Both the position numbers and the translations under genes were made by a program. Below, piece by piece: positions 59,101-64,000 of a DNA stretch of 64,000 nt. The DNA is taken from the NCBI GenBank assembly GCA_964016885.1, contig OZ024744.1, forward strand, positions 133,486,001 to 133,550,000. The letters run 5' to 3'. Under the pieces are notes generated by a model that ran no database searches, was not told the DNA's origin, and was given only the letters and a program-made list of their open reading frames with translations. The first letter of the stretch is position 1. The number at the start of each line of letters is the position of its first letter. This stretch comes from Eledone cirrhosa (Eukaryota).

Positions 59101-60930
59101 AAATTAAGTTGGGGTTAAGTTAAGTTGGGGTTAAATTAAGTTGGGGTTAAGTTAAGTTGGGGTTAAATTAAGTTGGGGTTAAGTTAAGTTGGGGGTAAGT
59201 TAAGTTGGTGGTAAGTTAAGTTGGGGGTAAGTTAAGATGGGGTAAATTAAGTTGGGGTTAAGTTAATTTGGGGTAAAGTTAAGTTGGGGTTATGTTAAGT
59301 TGGAGTTAAGTTAAGTTGGGGTTAAGTTGAGTTGGGGTTCAGTTAAGTTGCGGTTGATTTAAGTTGGGGTTAAGTTAAGTTGGGGTTAAGTTAAGTTGGG
59401 GTTAAGTTAAGTTGGGGTTAATTTAAGTTGGGGTTAAGTTAAGTTGGGGTTAAGTTAAGTTGGGGTTAAGTTAAGTTGGGGTTAAGTTAAGTTGGGGTTA
59501 AGTTAAGTTGGGGTTAAATTAAGTTGGGGTTAAGATAAGTTGGGGTTAAGTTAAGTTGGGGTTGAGTTAAGTTGGGGTTGAGTTAATTTGGGGTTAACTT
59601 AAGTTGGGGGTACTTAAGTAGGATTCAAGTTAAGTGGGGTTAAGTTAAGTTGGGGTTAAGTTAACTTGGGGTTAAGTTAAGTTGGGGTTAAGTTAGGTTG
59701 TGGTTAAGTTAAGTTGGGGGTAAGTTAAGTTGGGGGTAAGTTAAGTTGGGGTTAATTAAAGTTGGGTCTAATTAAGTTGCGGTTAAGTTAAGTTGGGGTT
59801 AAGTTAAGTTGGGGTTAAATTAAGTTGGGGTTAAGTTAAGTTGAGGTTAAATTAAGTTGGGGTTAAGTTAAGTTGGGGTTAAGTTAAGTTGGGGTTAAGT
59901 TAAGTTGGGGTTAAATTAAGTTGGGGTTAAATAAAGTTGGGGTTAAGTTAAGTTGGGGGTAAGTTAAGTTGGGGGCAAGTTAAGTTGGGGTTAAGTTAAG
60001 TTGGGGTTAAATTAAGTTGGGGTTAAGTTAAGTTGGGGTTAAGTTAAGTGGTGGTTATGTTAAGTTGGGGTTAAGTTAAGTTGGGGTTGAGTTAAGTTGG
60101 GGTTGAGTGAAGTTGGGGTTAAGTTAAGTTGGGGTTAATTTATGTTGGGGTTAAGTTAAGTCGGGGTTAAGTTAAGTTGGGGTTAAGTTAAGTTGGGGTT
60201 AAGTTAAGTTGGGGTTGAGTTAAGTTGGGGTTGAGTTAATTTAGGGTTAAGTTAAGTTGGGGTTAAGTTGGGTTTAAGTTAAGTTGGGGTTAAATTAAGT
60301 TGGGGTTAAGTTAAGTTGCGGGTAAGTTAAGTTGGTGTTAAGTTAAGTTGGGGTTAAGTTAAGTTGGGGTTGAATTAAGTTGGGGTTAAGTTAAGTTGGG
60401 GTTAAGTTAAGTCGGGGTTAATTTAAATTGGGGTTTAGTTAAGTTGGGGTTAAGTTAAGTTGGGTTTATATTAAGTTGGGGTTAAGTTAAGTTGTGGTTA
60501 AGTTAAGTTGGGGTTCAGTTAAGTTGCGGTTAATTTAAGTTGGTGTTAATTTAAGTTGGGGTTAAGTTAAGTTGGGGTTAAATTAAGTTGGTGTTAAGTT
60601 AAGTTGGGGCTAAGTTAAGTTGGGGCTGAGTTAAGTTGGGGCTGAGTTAAGTTGGGGTTAAGTTAAGTTGGGGTTGAGTTAAGTTGGGGTTAAGTTAAGT
60701 TGGGGTTAAGTTAAGTTGGGGTTAAGTTAAGTTGGGGTTCAGTTAAGTTGGGGTTAAGTTAAGTTTGGGTTAAGTTGGGGTTAAATTAATTTGGGGTTAA
60801 GTTAAGTTGGGGTTTAGTTAAGTTAGGGTTAAGTTAAGTTGGGGTTAATTTAAGTTGGGGTTAAGTTAAGTTGCGGGTGATTTAAGTTGGGGTTAAGTTA
60901 AGTTGGGGTTAAGTTAAGTTGGGGTTAAGT
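56200..60930 (+). repeat. Duplication at offset about 3113 (~56200-57820 and ~59330-60930)
   Basis: Private variants TAGGATTCAAG (G 56508/59621) and TTAAATAAAG (T 56819/59932) are offset by 3113. Both copies share AAGATAAG, AATTAAAGTTGGGTCT and GCGGGTAAG. Confidence 0.85.
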
Positions 60931-61830
60931 TAAGTTGGGGGAAAGTTAAGTTGGGGGTTAAGTTAAGTTGGGGGTAAGTTAAGTTGGGGTTAAGTTAAGT
61001 TGGGGTTAAGTTAAGTTGGGGTTAAGTTAAGTTGGGGTTGAGTTAAGTTGGGGTTGAGTTAATTTAGGGTTAAGTTAAGTTGGGGTTAAGTTGGGTTTAA
61101 GTTAAGTTGGGGTTAAATTAAGTTGGGGTTAAGTTAAGTTGCGGGTAAGTTAAGTTGGTGTTAAGTTAAGTTGGGGTTAAGTTAAGTTGGGGTTGAATTA
61201 AGTTGGGGTTAAGTTAAGTTGGGGTTAAGTTAAGTCGGGGTTAATTTAAATTGGGGTTTAGTTAAGTTGGGGTTAAGTTAAGTTGGGTTTATATTAAGTT
61301 GGGGTTAAGTTAAGTTGTGGTTAAGTTAAGTTGGGGTTCAGTTAAGTTGCGGTTAATTTAAGTTGGTGTTAATTTAAGTTGGGGTTAAGTTAAGTTGGGG
61401 TTAAATTAAGTTGGTGTTAAGTTAAGTTGGGGCTAAGTTAAGTTGGGGCTGAGTTAAGTTGGGGCTGAGTTAAGTTGGGGTTAAGTTAAGTTGGGGTTGA
61501 GTTAAGTTGGGGTTAAGTTAAGTTGGGGTTAAGTTAAGTTGGGGTTAAGTTAAGTTGGGGTTCAGTTAAGTTGGGGTTAAGTTAAGTTTGGGTTAAGTTG
61601 GGGTTAAATTAATTTGGGGTTAAGTTAAGTTGGGGTTTAGTTAAGTTAGGGTTAAGTTAAGTTGGGGTTAATTTAAGTTGGGGTTAAGTTAAGTTGCGGG
61701 TGATTTAAGTTGGGGTTAAGTTAAGTTGGGGTTAAGTTAAGTTGGGGTTAAGTTAAGTTGGGGGAAAGTTAAGTTGGGGGTTAAGTTAAGTTGGGGGTAA
61801 GTTAAGTTGGGGTTAAGTTAAGTTGGGGTT
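60180..61830 (+). repeat. Tandem duplication of an 823-bp block
   Basis: Offset 823 for GTCGGGGTTAATTTAAATT (C 60413/61236) and TTGTGGTTAAGTTAAGTTGGGGTTCAG (T 60495/61318). Confidence 0.9.
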
Positions 61831-64000
61831 AAGTTAAGTTAGGGTTAAGTTAAGTTGGGGTTGAGTTAAGTTGGGGTTAAGTTAAGTTGGGGTTATGTTA
61901 AGTTGGGGTTAAGTTAAGTTGCGGTTAAGTTAAGTTGGGGTTAAGTTAAGTTGGGGTTAAGTTAAATTGGGGTTAAGTTAAGTTGGGGTTAATTTAAGTT
62001 GGGGTTAAGTTAAGTTGGGGTTAAGTTAAGGCGGGGTTAAGTTGAGTTGGGGTTAAGTTAAGTTGGGGTTAAGTTAAGTTGGGGTTAACTTAAGTTGGGG
62101 GTATTTAAGTTGGGTTTAAGTTAAGTGGGGTTAAGTTAAGTTGGGGTTAAGTTAAGTTGGGCTTAAGTTAAGTTGGGGTTAAGTTAGGTTGTGGTTAAGT
62201 TAAGTTGGGGGTAAGTTAAGTTGGGGTAAATTTAAGTTGGGTCTAATTAAGTTGGGGTTAAGTTAAGTTGGGGTTAAGTTAAGTTGGGGTTGAGTTAATT
62301 TGGGGTTAACTTAAGTTGGGGGTACTTAAGTTGGGTTTAAGTTAAGTGGGGTTAAGTTAAGTTGGGGTTAAGTTAAGTTGGGGTTAAGTTAAGTTGGTGG
62401 TAAGTTAAGTTGGGGGTAAGTTAAGTTGGGGTTAATTTAAGTTGGGTCAAATTAAGTTGGGGTTAATTTAAGTTGGGGTTAAGTTAAGTTGGGGTTAAAT
62501 TAAGTTGGGGTTAAGTTAAGTTGGGGTTAAATTAAGTTGGGGTTAAGTTAAGTTGGGGTTAAGTTAAGTGGGGGTTAACTTAAGTTGGGGGTAAGTTAAG
62601 TTGGTGGTAATTTAAGTTGGGGGTAAGTTAAGATGGGGTTAAGTTAAGTTGGGGTTAAGTTAATTTGGGGTTAAGTTAGGGTTAAATTAAGTTGGGTTGA
62701 GTTAAGTTGGGGTTAAATTAAGTTGGGGTTAAGTTAAGTTGGTGTTAAGTTAAGTTGGGGTTAAGTTAAGTTGGGGTTAAGTTAAGTTGGGGTTAAGTTA
62801 GGTTGTGGTTAAGTTAAGTTGGGGGTAAGTTAAGTTGGCGGTAAGTTAAGTTGGGGTTTATTTAAGTTGGGTCTAATTAAGTTGGGGTTAAGTTAAGTTG
62901 GGGTTAAGTTAAGTTGGGGTTAAATTAAGTTGGGGTTAAGCTAAGTTGAGGTTAAATTAAGTTGGGGTTAAGTTAAGTTGGGGTTAAGTTAAGTTGGGGT
63001 TAAGTTAAGTTGGGGTTAAATTAAGTTGGTGTTAAGTTAAGTTGGGGGTAAGTTAAGTTGGGGGCAAGTTAAGTTGGGGTTAAGTTAAGTTGGGGTTAAA
63101 TTAAGTTGGGGTTAAGTTAAGTTGGGGTTAAGTTAAGTGGTGGTTATGTTAAGTTGGGGTTAAGTTAAGTTGGGGTTGAGTTAAGTTGGGGTTGAGTGAA
63201 GTTGGGGTTAAGTTAAGTTGGGGTTAATTTATGTTGGGGTTAAGTTAAGTCGGGGTTAAGTTAAGTTGGGGTTGAGTTAAGTTGGGGTTAATTTAAGTTG
63301 GGGCTAAGTTAATTTGTGGTTAAGTTAAGTTGGGGTTAAGTTAAGTTGGGGTTAAGTTAAGTTGGGGTTGAGTTAAGTTGGGGTTGAGTTAATTTAGGGT
63401 TAAGTTAAGTTGGGGTTAAGTTAAGTTGGGTTTAAGTTAAGTTGGGGTTAAATTAAGTTGGGGTTAAGTTAAGGTGGGGGTAAGTTAAGTTGGGGGCAAG
63501 TTAAGTTGGGGTTAAGTTAAGTTGGGGTTTATTTAAGTTGGGGTTAATTAAGTTGGGGTTAAGTTAAGTTGGGGTTAAGTTAAGTTGGGGTTAATTTAAG
63601 TTGGGGTTTAGTTAAGTTGGGGTTAAGTTAAGTTGGGTTTATATTAAGTTGGGGTTAAGTTAAGTTGGGGTTAAGTTATGTTGGGGTTCAGTTAAGTTGC
63701 GGTTAATTTAAGTTGGGGTTAAGTTAAGTTGGGGTTAAGTTAAGTTGGGGTTAAGTTAAGTTGGGGTTAAGTTAAGTTGGTGTTAAGTTAAGTTGGGGCT
63801 AAGTTAAGTTGGGGCTGAGTTAAGTTGGGGCTGAGTTAAGTTGGGGTTAAGTTAAGTTGGGGTTGAGTTAAGTTGGGGTTTAGTTAAGTTGGGGTTAAGT
63901 TAAGTTGGGGTTAATTTAAGTTGGGGTTAAGTTAAGTTGCGGGTGATTTAAGTTGGGGTTAAGTTAAGTTGGGGTTAAGTTAAGTTGGGGTTAAGTTAAG

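Larger units (their letters stand above)
1..64000 (+). repeat. Tandem satellite array of 16-bp monomer TTAAGTTAAGTTGGGG (about 4,000 copies), telomere-like, G-rich strand on +
   Basis: The monomer is directly readable from base 1 to 64000 with only point variants and short indels. No inversion or unique insert was seen. Consensus composition is T6 A4 G6 C0 (37.5% GC, no C on the + strand). Confidence 0.99.
1..64000 (+). other. Continuous potential G-quadruplex (+ strand) and i-motif (- strand) forming sequence, (G4 N12)n
   Basis: GGGG tracts occur every 16 bp, separated by 12-nt AT-rich loops. This fits the extended G3+N1-12 motif but not the strict N1-7 motif. Folding is predicted, not shown. 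Confidence 0.5.

Noticed and set aside
1-64000. Protein-coding ORFs on either strand
   Set aside because: TTAA occurs twice per monomer and is palindromic, and 16 is not a multiple of 3, so TAA stops recur in all six frames within about 48 bp.
1-64000. CRISPR array or other repeat-spacer system
   Set aside because: There are no unique spacers, monomers abut directly, and no cas genes or leader are present.
1-64000. Freshly telomerase-synthesised telomere tract
   Set aside because: Substitution variants are frequent and are inherited in fixed order across kb-scale duplicates, which templated de novo addition would not produce. No terminal homogeneous tract is visible in this window.
1-64000. 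TTAA sites as piggyBac target-site duplications, or telomere-targeting retrotransposon (SART/TRAS-like) insertions
   Set aside because: TTAA is simply part of the monomer. No terminal inverted repeats, poly(A) tails, ORFs or non-repeat inserts are visible.
1-64000. Pure sequencing artefact or synthetic low-complexity sequence
   Set aside because: Variants are reproducible, ordered and hierarchically nested, which random base-calling error would not give. The exact copy number of the near-identical blocks could still be mis-assembled.

Overview
The whole 64 kb window is one uninterrupted, head-to-tail satellite array of a 16-bp G-rich monomer, consensus TTAAGTTAAGTTGGGG = (TTAAG)2 TTGGGG. It holds about 4,000 copies (64,000/16), all in one orientation, and extends past both window edges. 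I found no genes, RNA genes, transposons, CRISPR arrays or unique sequence; the monomer places TAA stops in all six frames. The structure lies in the variant monomers. They recur in a fixed order, forming a cryptic higher-order repeat of roughly 2-3 kb. That unit has been re-amplified by nested, near-identical duplications, with hand-measured marker offsets of 96, 237, 762, 823, 2286, 2531, 2729, 3113, 3121, 3911, 4853, 5247, 5434, 13410 and about 52,232 bp. The monomer looks like a compound telomeric repeat: TTAAG is one base from insect TTAGG, and TTAAGTTGGGG is one base from the bumblebee-type TTAGGTTGGGG. However, variants inherited across kilobase blocks indicate recombination- or replication-based amplification, not telomerase synthesis. 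Organism and chromosomal position cannot be determined from the sequence. Block boundaries were read by eye and are approximate (plus or minus a few monomers).
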